Assembly (NCBI GenBank): GCA_029953675.1
Contig: JAMWBK010000002.1
Span: 2,108,001 to 2,172,000 of the forward strand
Reading direction: 5' to 3'
Source of the DNA: Rhodosorus marinus CCMP1338
Taxonomy: Eukaryota; Plantae; Rhodophyta
Length of the DNA: 64,000 nucleotides
This document shows, one piece after another, positions 43,891-57,001 of this stretch. Each line of letters begins with the position of its first letter. The stretch's first letter is position 1. Both the position numbers and the translations under genes were made by a program. The notes beneath the pieces were generated by a model. It was given only the letters and a program-made list of their open reading frames with translations, made no database searches and was not told where the DNA came from.

Positions 43891-45337
43891 GAACCGTGAC
43901 GTTCACGGGAGAAGGGCACTCACGTTAGACAACAACGGAGCCTTAGTCACCCGAAGGGTGTCAACTCTTTCTGTACATATCTACCTATCCAGTTGTCTAA
44001 TCTATTCATCGAAAACCTCAAAACACAAGCGATTCTTGCGCTTCTCAACGGCAGCCCAGTTGCATTCACTGTGCGAGCTTCAAAGTTACACTCATGGCGT
44101 ACGCAAGACACGCCAAAAAAAAAGCCCAAGGCACTCAAGTAGAGCGCCACACCGGCAGGATGAATCTCGGTATGAAGCCTTGGTAGAGACGGTAACGTTC
44201 ATTGGCGGGAAGCAGCTGGCCACCCAAATGCCGGCGCTTCGGTTTGACCAAAGGCTTGAATCCCGCATTCACACGAATCCAGAAGAATACGCGAGGATAC
44301 CTAAGCATGCCCTTTGCGCTTCATCGCGGCTAAGAGCTTTGCTCAAGATCGTAGGCTCGGAGTCATGAAGCCCGGTGAGATAGCGAAGGTTTGCCAGTGT
44401 GCGTGCCTACCATGCGTCCGTGGATAATTCCAAATCCATTGGGATGACATCCCGTCATCTGGGGCTGCCTCTAGCGTTTGTACCAGAGGTTTCACCTCCT
44501 AATTCACCTTTGACTTCGTTTGTACACTTCTACTGGAATTATTTTTATTTTGCTACGCCTCTTGGTGGAGCTGGGATTAGGATACAGATTCTGCAACAGA
44601 GCCATAACCTGCTTTTTCTTCACGTACTCTTTCCTCCTTTCCCGGGTCAAGCAAGCTGTCTAGTCTGCTCCGGCTAGTTGGAAGACTATTAAGCATGTTG
44701 CCAACAAGCGGAGGCTCCGTTCTCAAAACGACCCCGAACATGATTCTTGGGTGGCCCTTTCTCCTTTACGAGGTCAGGCGAGCTGGGCTTAACCTTGGCA
44801 AGGACGTACTAAACAACTGACCTTCTCTAAACAATGTTGCTCCTCCCTGTAGTACAGACACAGTCGTCGAGCAATGAGGAGAGACTTCATCTCAAACTAG
44901 GTAGAACACGAGCACGACTAGGATCAGCTTAAGCTTGATCTTGTTGATAGGGTAGAGTATGCTTGTTAGAGTTGGAGAGCAAGGAGGGTGCGGCGGGACG
45001 GATTCGCAAAGTGTCGGCTAAAAGCACAAGCGACATGTGGGAAGGGAGCTGATTTGGGTCTTAAGAACGCGAACGCGTTTGGTTTTTGGAGGGGGTTAGG
45101 CGTCGTTTTTTCATCTGGAAGTCAACAAAGTCTTCAGTACCTTTACTCTGGGACGGGAGGCGGGGGAAGGAGTTCCGTTTCAAGTTGCCACGGAGCAGGG
45201 GTTTCTGAGGCACTCGTGAAGGTACTGTTGGTTTTGAGGGGCTGCAGCGTTCGTAAAATGAGGAGCGCTGATCTGTGAGAAAAGCTTCCGAGACTTTTGA
45301 GGGGCTCTACAGTGGTTTTTTGCATGTTTGGACAAGG

Positions 45338-47965
45338 ATGACCTCTAGTAGATATCGGAGGAGGGGACGAAAGGTTGAGGATTTAAGGCTGAAAATAGGC
45401 AGAAGACCTCAGAGAGATTTTGGGAATCGGCACGGAGGGAGAAGTGGTTCCCGGCCTCAGCATAAGAGTCCTTTCACCGGTGGTTACTACGTTGATCGAG
45501 GGCCGGGCTCCACCAAAAGCTCTGCCAGGGGCTCCCAGAATCCCGCTCGTTCGGGGTATTTAGCCGTGCGTGAGGACGGAGGGGGACGATCTACCCGGCG
45601 CTCCGATTATATGGGGATGTCGGGAGCGCACATTAGCCCCGGAAGAAAGCATACAAAGTTTGATGTGGAAGACCTGAAGGGGGTGGACCTTGACAACGGA
45701 GATGGTGAAGTCGTTGGGGATGGAGAATCTGAATCTGAGCTAAGTATTGAGGGTTCTGAAAGTGAGGATTCGCTTCCGCGTAAATGGGATGGACAGGTTC
45801 TGGATGGGATTTTCAATAGAACCGTAGATGGCGATTCTGATGTGGAGGACATATACCTCGCTGAGACTGCGGAGAGTACTGGTCTCTACGAACGGATGAA
45901 GAAAGGACTTTATCACCGGCATAAGAAGGAACTGCCTGAAAGAATTCAGAAAAATGGGCCTGCCCTTCTAGAGGAACGAGTGAACAGCGACTCTGATGAG
46001 TTCGGTGGCGCCTTCGTGGGGTTCGCGAGTGCGGCACCGCTTCCGGAGGAGAAAGAAGAATCGGAAGTTATCGTTCTCGATGATGAGGACGGAGAAATCG
46101 AGGAGGATCCCGTTGATGAGAGAGATCCGCGTCTTCCTCCGTGGCTTCACAGCAGAACAAGCATAACTGCGCATGAAAACATGGTCGATGTCGAAGTAAG
46201 CTACAACCACAAAAAGCACATAGTAGATCGGCTTCCACATTGGAGTTTTCTCCACGCTGCAGTATTCCTTGTCTCGGAAACTCCGGTTTTGGAGAGTCAT
46301 CCCGATTCTCCTCGAGGTGCTTCTTGGCGTCTTTCTGACACGTTCGAGGACCTTTCGGTAGCCCACAGCTCAAGTGCGAGCGGTCTACCTCGTGGGCCGG
46401 GAAGCCCATGCCCGAGCTCCGTAACGTCTTTGAACCTATGCGAGGCCTCAGAAAGACGCCCCGCAGAAGCACCCTGGGGAAAATCGGGGTGAATCTGCAA
46501 AAGCACAGCTTTGGAAATAACAAAGGTTTCTTGGGTGCTCACTTGCTTCCCAAGTGTGTTAACCACGCTCTTTTTGTTGCGGTATCTCATAGTTGCTGCT
46601 TCATTATGAGATTCTCGACTTTGCGTCGTTCATGATGGCCACCGACAAAGAGCGGAAGGTTCGTGAAGATCTAGTGGAAAGGGTTTCCTCGATCATTGGG
46701 TCTCTGTGGCCCGAAGCTGAGGTCCGCGTTTTTGGTTCCTTTGCAACAAACTTGTACCTTCCGACAAGCGATATAGACGTTTGCGTCCTGAATACTCCTG
46801 AGGGTGGATCCCCGCGGGAACTTCATGAAGTCGCAGATGCGCTACGCAGGGAGAAGGGGCTGGTCAGGAAGATCGAAGTACGTAGACTATCTGCCGAATC
46901 GGTGTTCAAAGCATTTTGACGATTGTGTGCGAGAAGGAACTCATCGCGGCGCTCGCCTTTTTGCCTGTGGAAAGGTTATTGAGAAGGCGTTTGTTCCGTT
47001 GGTCAAGCTTGTAGACCGGGCGAGCGATGTTAAGTGTGACATCTCGTTTGGTCGGAACAATGGTCCGTCTAATGTACTACTCATCCGGCAGTACCTGGAA
47101 GACTTTCCTTCCTTAATGCCCCTGATCCTCGTGGTGAAATGCTTCATGCATCAGCGCATGCTGAACGAAGTTTATCGGGGGGGAATTGGCTCGTACGCTT
47201 TACTACTTCTCGTCGTGTCGCACCTTCAGCATTACCGGACTAATTTCAACCACCGAATGGGCAACGGGCGCACAATGCCCAACTTGGGAAGCGTTCTCAT
47301 CGACTTCTTTACCCTGTACGGTTCGAAATTCAACTACGTCTACTCCGGCATCGGAATCAAGAACAACGGAAACTACTACAGCAAGAAAAGGAAGTTCATT
47401 ACGGACTCCGCTCAGCCGATGCTGTTATCGATTGAAGATCCCCAGGACGAAGAGAATGAGATCGCGAAGAACAGCTTCAACCTTCGATCCGTATGAGCAA
47501 GCATTTCCTGGATATTCCATCGATGAAGTATCCTCTCAGCTTGTTTTCCGTTTTGTATCTTTGCCGTAGATCCGAAAAGCATTCTCCCATGCTCAGCAGC
47601 AGCTTACGATGTGGAGACACGGGAATTCCATATCGGTAACCCCGCTAAGTTGCATACTGCCGGTGGACAGTAGCTTTCATGAAAGGGGTGATCTGCTCCG
47701 AAGATGTCGAGCTGTGCCAGACTTTCCGATTTTGAATCGAACTTTACCACCACTACAATATGGTGAGACCAGCAGCGACGGTGGTCAGCCGAAGCGTTCC
47801 AGGCAAGAGCACCGAAGACTTTTGGCAGAGGACTCGTCGAGGAGATCGAAGAGCAGAAAGCACCGATCCGCCGGCATTTCTAAGACGGAAAGACGGCGAC
47901 GAGAAAGAAAACAGGAGAGGAGAAACGACAGGCGAATGGCCAAGAGGAGAGCGTGGGAACTCTAG
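45338..47965 (+). CDS. Non-canonical poly(A) polymerase, TRF4/PAPD5 (TENT4)-like, multi-exon
   Basis: VFGSFATNLYLPTSDIDV nucleotidyltransferase motif, VPLVKLVD..DISF, GGIGSY and LSIEDPQD. The in-frame intron 46196-46592 is supported by GTAAG/CATAG at phase 0. Confidence 0.92.
46285..46503. repeat. Foldback (long imperfect inverted repeat) inside the long intron
   Basis: CCCGATTCTCCTCGAGGTGCTTCTTGGCGTCTTTCTGA (46301-) vs. TCAGAAAGACGCCCCGCAGAAGCACCCTGGGGAAAATCGGGG (-46489). Confidence 0.85.
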
Positions 47966-48335
47966 TTGGCGTTACTCGTGCCTCGTGTCTCTATTCACGT
48001 CCACGTGGCTATCTCCTTCCTGATGACCATCAACAAAAAATCGTTCGGCTGAAGGGGTTCTACGTCATGCTCGTCGAGAAGTGCATGAGCCAAAAAAAAG
48101 CGCCGAACCGAAGAAGTCAATTGACTTGCGAGCACAACATATTTGCCCGAGAGGATGCGGGATAACCATTCCATGCTCGGACTTTGCGAATGATACAACG
48201 CGTTGTGGAGTAGTCAATGCGGAAGCATCAGTCATCGGAGGTCTGCTACTGTGCTTTTGAAACTATTTATCTGCTCTCTTTGTAAAAACAACGAGGATAA
48301 CACTCACCAGGCATGTACACCACGAACAAGCCGCG

Positions 48336-49785
48336 TCAGTTGAGAATCTTTAACAGATCTCTCTTTTGTTGGACACGGATTCTAGCAGCGTGAAGGCTCC
48401 GAATAGAGGCGCCATCTAGATCAGCCTGTCTTTCCAGTGTTTCGATAAGCTGACGATCTTCGTCATACCCTGCGCTGAAGGTTGACAGCGTATCCTCCAC
48501 CATCTTCTGGAGAAAGTTGCTTTCCGAGCTCGCGTAAAGTGCAATTAGAGTTTCCAGCCTTTTGGAAAGTGGCTGCCACCGCGATACCTGGCCGTTGGGA
48601 TCCGGAAGAAGGAGATTTTTCTCGAGCAGAAACAGAAGATTACCTTCAGGAATCATGCTCAGCAGCCGCTGTGCATCGACCACCGCGAAATCGTAAGAAT
48701 TTTGAGACATTGTGAACCCGTTGGACTGGAGGAGGTGTAGATTGGGGAGCTTTCCGTAGGTTATGAAGAGCTGTTCTCCTGCGTTTCGATGTTGCGTGGA
48801 CTCAGCAACCATCTCTCCCGCCTCGTTAAAGAAGGCTCGCGCGCGTTTGTTAGTTGGATGGTCGTGATTCATCATATCCGTCAACGGAGCCTGTTTCAAC
48901 ACAGTTGTCCAGGAGGGATATCTCTCTTAGGCTCCAGCCCCAGGTTTTGTACATTTTTTGCGGGTTCTCATTTGGTTGCTTACGAAGACCATGTTTAAGG
49001 GCTCGTCTCCTTGAGAACTCCTAAAGCAGCGTGAGTAGGCTACCGCAACAGCTACCTTGAGCGATTCGATGGAGGGGACCGGGCCTTGAACCACCTTCGG
49101 CCATTGTCGTTGCAAACGCATGTACGCGTTTTCTAACAGACTCAGACGATGCTGCAGAAGTTCTAAAGCGACTGGGCACCTGAGTTGGCGCCGAAAAGCT
49201 CGTGAGTTAGTGTCAATCGTGGCGTGGTGAGTGCATTTGGGTATACACTCAACCAAAGCACTCTTGCGCTTTTCTGCATTCCAGTTGAAGAGCTTACTCC
49301 AACATCGCGAGTTCTTCCTCGCTCCAAAACTCCAAGGGACCGCCTTGTGCTTCAAAGTCATCCTTGCCGGGGAGAAGGTCAATATACGGGTAATGTGCAG
49401 ACTGATCTCCCTTCTGCTGCTCCATCAAAAGCCAGCTTCCCAGAAGAATCTGGTGTCCAGGGGCGCTCTCCCCATCCTGAAATAACGGATGCCTCAGGAT
49501 CTCCCGGGAATTCACCAGGAGATCCCCTGGTATTCGAAACAGTTCCTCGTCGCTTTGCACATCTTCCACTACCCCGAGCCCACGAACACCATTAAAATTC
49601 TCAACGCTCACTCGGTTCTTACAACGAACACCAGCCTTTTCCAGCCATTCCACGAATCGATCCCATTTTTCACCATCGTCTTCCACTTTATCAGCCCACA
49701 CACCTACCCTGGAGTGACGAACCCCAATGCACCTCTCTGGCGTATAAGCCAAGATCCATGAGTTTATTGACAAGAATCCGAGCAT
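48336..49785 (-). CDS. SET-domain protein-lysine methyltransferase (Rubisco LSMT/SETD3-like), multi-exon
   Basis: RFVEWLEKAG..RGL..ELFRIP, YIDLLP, AYSRCF, PLTDMMNH, GEQLFITYG..N..LL..GF. Confidence 0.88.
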
Positions 49786-50477
49786 TTCCAATTCTAAAAC
49801 GTACTGTCGTCTTCTTCGTCACTCAGTTGAAAAAAAGGTCCGTCTTGCGTTTTTCTGAATCCGTGGTCCAGACCTGCCTCAGTCCCAGCCCTGAGCCATC
49901 AACGACCCCCCAATCCACAATGCCTTCCTAAGACAGTACACTCCATGAAGAGAGTGGTCAGCATCATCGAAAGCGCGGATGCGCGCCCTTCATTAGATGG
50001 AACTTGAGTGAGTGCGCCTGCCTGGTCCCGAACTTCCTGAGACCCGATTCATTGCTCTTGTTAATGGTCTCGGGAAAGTTATCGCCACTTTTAGATCTGG
50101 TTATAAAAAGGTTCAGGCTTCCTTCAGGCGCTCCTACTCGCGGGCAAAAGCGAGAAAAGCCTCGATTGGGTTAACTGTTAGCCCTACTGCTCGAAAGCTT
50201 TTTTGTAATCTGAAAGTCGCAGCGCTTGCGCGTACTGTACCATTGTCATCCAGTCCTTGGTCCTCTCCCGACACAGCTCCGCGAACGGAACCTCTGTCCG
50301 GTTTGGTTTGCGGCCGTTGGCCTCTGCGGCAAAGTTCGGTCGGTGCGTGCTATGGGCGAATCTCTAGGAGGTGGATGTGAACGCAAGGCGCCGGTTAAAT
50401 AAACGCATTGTTTTATTCCACTCAAAAAGATTGGCACTATGCACCAAATTCGGAGAAAGCAGTTGGTCGTCGATGAC

Positions 50478-52354
50478 GTTAATCGTCCTCTTGTTGATCT
50501 CCAAAGCGAAGGAGGGAGTCGATTCCTTTAAGGAGGCCCCTACCGGTTTTTATGGCGTCCTGGGGGCGAGATTCAAAGAGTTTTCATACGAAGTCAGAAG
50601 CCCGCTAACAAGTAAGAAACACAACAGAAACGTAACTGTTGGATGGCGATTCGTTTCAGCTGCGTGGGCGTGACCCCACGGAACAAGCTATCTTCACAGA
50701 CATTTAGTCTCGAAGCGAGCTGGGTAGGTTAACATCACAAACGCTTTCGGCCAACATTTGAAGAGCAACGGGAAGAAAATAAACCACCTACCGTCGCCTC
50801 GGTTCCCAAGATCGACCCGTACTGCCGATCAAGGTCGTCCAGAGTGGAATCCAGTTGTCTTATCTTAACGCGTCCGTAGTCAACATATTCCGAGCCTTCT
50901 TGGCGAAAGATTTCCCTGGCATAGTTGAGGGCAGGCTTCCTCATCGATCTGAACGAAAACGTTGACTTAGTCGCCATGGAATCTATCTTCCCAGGAGACA
51001 GAGATCCTGTAGAGTGACCTACTCTGGGAATTTCTTGGCATCAAGGGTAAGCAGCACCTTCGCCGTTAAAAGCTCCACAAACTGGACTGTCTTCTCCAAA
51101 GATTGAAAATCAGACGGCCTAACCACCACGTCGCTCATATCGACTTGCCTAAAGAGGCTTGCATTGTCCAACGGAACAGAAAACGCCTCCAAGTGCAACC
51201 CGCCTCGTAGGGTTACTGTCGAAATATCAAGCTTTCCAGCTTGAACGTGCCCCTCTTTGTCCGGATCCGTTTCCACGGGCTGATCCTTCTTTTCATCGTC
51301 CGACGGATCCTCAGCTGTACCCTTAGCTTCGGTCTTTTGGTGTTTGAGAAGAGCAGTCGTCAGGCAAAGGCATTGAATTATGAGCATGCTATCAAGATTC
51401 GGGACATACCAGAATTGATCTCCAATTGTTTTTTGTCAACGCGTAGTTCTCGAAGTACAACGAGATCTCTGGATCGGAGACGATTACGTCTACAGCGAAC
51501 ATCTTGGACTTTCTTGATATGGACAAATCCACAGCCGATATTTTCAGCGCTTCCCTCTTTTGATTGTCCTTGAGTGCATTCTCTTGTAAAGATATCACAA
51601 ACGACCCTGATGGATCCCTCCCAATCGCCACACGCTTAACTCGAATATTCGTTCCAGTTGCTGCGCTTGCAACCACGGACAATATTCTCGCCTTAAGTAG
51701 CCTGCAGTTCTCCGTCCCAAGTGTAAACGGGCATTTAGAAGAGTTTCCTACAAGAAAAGGTAAGACGGCAAAGCAAGAAGCACTCCAATCCTCTGTCAGG
51801 CAGTTGGTGCAGCGCTTTACCAGGCGAGAGCGATAACTCCAACCGTCCCACCAGCAATCGGTACGCTTGGAATTACAGCCGGCTGGATCCTCGAAACCCG
51901 GCCACTCCTGCTGTCCAAAATCATATTCGAACTTCAGCCACTACCGTCGAGCACAAGCATTGTCCCCTTGTCCGCAAACCGAGCCCGCGTCATCGCGACC
52001 GGCTACGTCACCGCAAACTCGTAAAAAGCCTCGCGCAATAGGTCGATCTAGATGGGACTTAACCGGTAAGGTTGAGGCGAGATCCAAGCTCGACGACATG
52101 CTTGATGATGAAGATCAGCGCAATCAAGCGATGAATTGACAAAACCAGCTCTCCAGACAGCAAAATATCGCAAGCTTCAGCGTCCGGCATCGTATTAATC
52201 TCACTTCTACTCCACAATCAATGTATTTGATACCTTTTCGTCCGTCCGGCACGGCGTCGGTGGATCGGGATGCTGGGAGCAGCTGGTAGCTTGAAACGCT
52301 GCTGTGCATGAAGATTCGATCGAATGAGTACCACGAACGACGACCATTTTCCAT
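50478..52354 (-). CDS. Unidentified multi-exon protein-coding gene
   Basis: A chain of coding-like segments (52354-52124, 51682-51392, 51387-51019, 50977-50735) separated by short GT..AG gaps; probable end ..RFGDQQEDD*. Confidence 0.55.
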
Positions 52355-52976
52355 TTCGAATGCGGACGAACGCGTCCTTCCGGCACGTTAACTCGGAGGG
52401 GAGTCGAAGGACACGGGTCGCTCAGCGATTTGGTGAGTGTATGGACAAGCCCTCATAATGTAGTATTTAAATCTCTCTAATGCTTTGATTTAGAATTTAT
52501 TAGGATGTTCTGGTCCCATATTTTCCTCGAAAACTTTGCCAAAAAGCCACTTCTTGATCCTCAATCAAAAAAAGACACAAAAGGGTTCGTCAATCAATTC
52601 CAAACGATGCTCTAAGCTCTGTTCGTTTTCCTTTGTTTATTCGTTGGCCAAATTTCGCCTTGTGTTCACGGCCGATGTTATATTGCGAACGGATAAAACG
52701 AGGTCGATGATACTGGGCCTGGAAATAACTACTTAAATTCAAGAATAGTTGGCTTTTTTGGGAATGAAAATTTTTTCTTGTTCGGGACGCCGTATGGAAG
52801 GAGCTGTTGAGTAGGGATGGGATAGGTGAAGGGGACGATAGAAGTGCGAGCGAGGACTGTGACAGTTTGCTATTGGCTTCTTTTTTTTACTGTGTGTTCT
52901 TCGTATCTGTCTTAGAGCCAGCAGTTTTGTCCTCCGCTGTTGGTTTTTTCTTCTGCAAGGCCTTTTCTAAGCAGAC

Positions 52977-55373
52977 ATGGGGAGGGAGAAGAAGAAAGGT
53001 GTTTCTGGGAATGCCGCGAATTATATCACCAGGGCGAAAGCTCTGCGAAAGCTTCAACTCAGCCTGGCAGATTTCCGGCGGCTTTGTATTCTGAAGGGTA
53101 CGTTGATGCTGAATGTGCCTGTCTGGTTCTGATAGGGTTTTTTAGTCTCTTCCTGAAGAGCTCTGTTTTTTGTTTCGGGTTGTGTTCCTTGTCTTCCTAC
53201 TGTGCAGGGATCTATCCTAGGGAGCCAAAGAAAAAGTTCGACGGTGTGACGAAGACCTACTACCTTACGAAAGATATACAGTTCCTGCTACATGAACCGT
53301 TACTTGGAAAGATTCGAGAAATTCGGGCATATCGTCAGAAGATCAAGCGTGCGCGAGCAAAAAAAGAACAGGGAACGCTCAAAACTCTTTTGAGAAACAA
53401 ACCGACGTATAAAATAGATCATATTGTGCGCGAGAGGTAACTTAGTCCAACAGCCAAATCACCAAAGGGGTGTCAATCTTATCGCGTGGTCTATGGATTT
53501 CCAAACTGTAGGTACCCTACATTCTCTGACGCCCTTCGGGACATGGACGACGCATTGAGCCTTGTGCACATGTTCCAACATCTCCCAAGCGAAAAATCGA
53601 TAAAACCACACCGAATTCAAAACTGCGAGAGGCTAGCGAAGGAATTTCAAAACTATGTTGCAACAACAGGCAGTTTGGATAAGGTCTTCGTTTCTGTTAA
53701 GGGTATCTACTACTCCGCGAGGGTACGTTTCTGCTCATAGCAGCATTGCAATATCGATACTGTGCTCTGAGAGGACAAAGTCAAAATCCTTCGTAAATCC
53801 ATAGATCGGAGGAGAAAGAACTGTGTGGGTAGAACCACATCGATTTACTCAAGAGCTGCCGACGGATGTTGACTACCGCGTGATGCTGACCTTTCTAGAG
53901 TTCTACGAGTGCCTCCTGAGCTTCGTTAACTACAGGCTGTACACTACGAATGGTAAGGTCCTCCTCATACAAATGAAATCCTCTTCGTATGCCTGGGGCG
54001 GGCCGGTGACACTGGAATTGAATTTCTTTCGAAAATTCTAGGGATGCCGTATCCACCGAAAATGGACCGAACCGAGGGCAAGGTAGATCAGCCGGACGTG
54101 GAGGCAGGCAGAGCTAAGCATGTCCAAGAGAATATCGCCGAGATTTTGAAGAAGCAAGAAGCGGATGAAGATGACGAGGATAACTCGGAGAATGATGACG
54201 AGGAAGAACTGAAGATGGAGGGAGAGGTTACCCAGCAATCGAACGACGGAACTGGCGGCAAAGAGGTAATTTGATAGGCATTGTCCGGCTTCCTCGTGCC
54301 AGTTGCGTGAATCGGAAGGCCTGAAGATTCACTATTCTTCGGATTTATGCCGGTTGACAGATTCTTGTTTTTAGCGGACTGAAAGTGTTCTTGGGGCGAG
54401 AAACACCTGTTTCTGCGCTGGTGTTTGTGCTCAGGGCGCAAGGGGCAAAGGTATGGTGCCTTGAATACTTACTGGTTCTGAGACCACAAGTGATTGGCCA
54501 TTGAGCTCGCTGGATTGTGGATTTCATTACCGTTGGACTAGGTTGGATGGGACGGTGAAAATTCTCCGCTCTCTAGTGACGAACCTGGACTGACTCACTG
54601 GGTGATAGATCGACCAGCAATTCCTGGGAAAAGGCGAATGGACCTGGAATACGTTCAACCACAATGGGTGTTCGACTCCGTAAACAACAGCACCTTGCTG
54701 CCGGTAGGCATGCCCGACAAACTGCCGTTAGGGTTGAAGCGAGCTGTTAAACGTGAGAAGTCAAATCTCCCTCTCCTCTTCGCAGACCGCAATTTACGGG
54801 ATTGGTGTGACTCTCCCTCCTCACCTTAGCCCGTTCGTTGATGACGAGGCAGAAGGCTACGTGCCGAAGTATAAGGCGTACCTGCAGCGACTGAGGGAGG
54901 GCGACTCTGAGTTGTTCAAGGAGAGTGCGGTTGCGGTGAATGATGACTCTGACGAGGACGTGGACGATTTGGAGAACGCCGATGAAAACTCTGAGGCAGA
55001 AGAGGAAGAATCCGAAAATGAGGATGGGTCTGGTGGTAGTGAGGACGAGGATGAGGATGATGAGATGGAGGAGGACCTTTCCAAAGATATGGCTGAGACG
55101 AAGGAGGAAGGAGAGAAGGTGAGTTCAACGTATATTCAATTCCACGCAAGAAAGCGAAGGTTTGCTACCAACGAGACCAATTCTGGCAATTTGCAGGAAT
55201 CTGAGGAGCTAGCCAAGCTTATGATGTCAAGGAAGAAGCGCAACCTTTATGAACGAATGGTTCATGGAAAGAATCGGAAATCTGAGGAAGTGCGGAAGCT
55301 GGAAGAGAGAAGAGAGGAAATCGAAACGAAGAAAGCTAAGAAGCGCAGGACTCGATCCGAGACGAAGTCGTGA
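52977..55373 (+). CDS. PES1: Pescadillo (PES1/Nop7) ribosome biogenesis factor, multi-exon
   Basis: [77 protein letters not shown] and an acidic C-terminus. Confidence 0.96.
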
Positions 55374-57001
55374 AAAAATTTTGACTAACCATGAGAGACA
55401 CGGCATGAACGGACGATTACGGCAGAGGCCCTCTCTGACTCTGTACTGACTAGAGTTTGTAATTGGAAATAAACTAACAAGGTGTGGGTGGTAGAATCTC
55501 ATCGGCCCAACAATGAACCTGTGGATCACCACGCGGATAAGATCCCAGACTATAGGATAATGTTTCCGCGGAAGCAAACTTTTCGGTACCCCGCAAAAAT
55601 GCGTCGACAAGGATGCTGCGCACGGAAGCAGCCCCCCCACCGGGCTTGTTCGTCCATGTACGAGTTGACAACGGCATACAAATTCAAACAAAAAACCGAA
55701 TGTCCCAGGACCTGTGTCCCATCGGAAGCTTCTCACTAACTGCAAGCCCTGCAACCACCCCGGATCCAATCCCCAAATCTCATTATTAATTTCCTACCCC
55801 CCTTTCGAACAACCGCGTTTTTCAATAAACACATAGTAGGCGGAATTATTTCCATTAAAACTATACGAGGATGCAGAATATACGAAAACTTATATGCGCT
55901 CCTTCACATTTTCTGGAAAAAAGCTTTCCTAAGCTGCTTTAAACGTTGTTTTTAGGTTTTTACATTATTTTGTATTACAATTTATTTGAATAATATTATT
56001 TTAAGAGGATGTTTTAGAAATCGGAGTAATTACCCCCCTTACCTTGGACGCTGCTAGATTTAAGTCCAATCTCAAGAAGAATCTAGAGGGGTTCATATAT
56101 TCCCATAGTCAGCTTTTCTGACTAAAATTCGTGAAAATCATCAATCACATCCTTTCATGAAGGGGAGTAAAAGACAGCAAATCAGAACTTTTCCATTCGA
56201 AGAGGACCTCAATATAGGGGTAAAAGTTAGTTCATCTATGGACTATCAATGGCTACAGGGGTAGTAAAAATACTCATGTTTAAGTTCATAAGAAATTTTA
56301 TTGTAAATGGATAAAACTGGAAACCCTTTGAAACGAAGCGGTAAAGCGGGGGCATTCTTTTTTTTGTCATTTTAGAGGGCAATGAGTTTTGAAGATGTGC
56401 TGGAGATGTGGGTGCGGAGGGTGAGGGTTAGGAATGGTGGAGAGAGGGGGGCGGCAGGAGGTGTGGGGGAGGGGAGGAGGTTGGTGTGTGGGAGGAATAG
56501 GAAGGGGATGAAGACGAAGGGAGGTGAGCAAAGTTTATGTATAAATAGTAAATCAATTGGTAAGGGTTAGATTGGGTGTGTGAATCTTTTAAGGATTACA
56601 TCTAGAGACTCTGTTGTGAGGTGGTTTTTTTTGGGGGGGTGGTGGATAGTGGAGGAAAGGGAAAGTTGACGCTAGAATAACTTTGGAGTGTATGAATCTT
56701 TTGTTCCTGGAGTTCTTGTGGTAAGAATTTGGAAATTTTTTTGGTGTTTTGTGGGAGGATAGAAGCTTAGAGTTTCGTTAAGTCGTGTTCGAGTGGCGGG
56801 TTTCTTTTTCAAGGGACAGTTTGATCTTATGAGTTGAGCGGCTTCGTGTTGCGTGTTTCTTCTTGGTCAATTAAAAGTTGCCCGTGGAGTGTTGCCACTC
56901 ATCGACAGAGCACAGTTTTCTCTCGAAGTCGCTAAGAGGCGAACTTTTCGGGAAGCGGCGAAAGAAATTCACAACGTTGGGACTAATGGCCCAGGATCTC
57001 A

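Noticed and set aside
43850-43900. Helitron 3' end explaining the ZIP-fragment copies
   Set aside because: A small hairpin is present but no CTRR terminus follows it.
43900-44900. Gene between the ZIP pseudogene and the poly(A) polymerase
   Set aside because: Only short ORFs with no motif or consistent exon chain.
55227-55769. Minus-strand ORFs downstream of PES1
   Set aside because: They partly overlap PES1 in antisense and have no recognisable domain.
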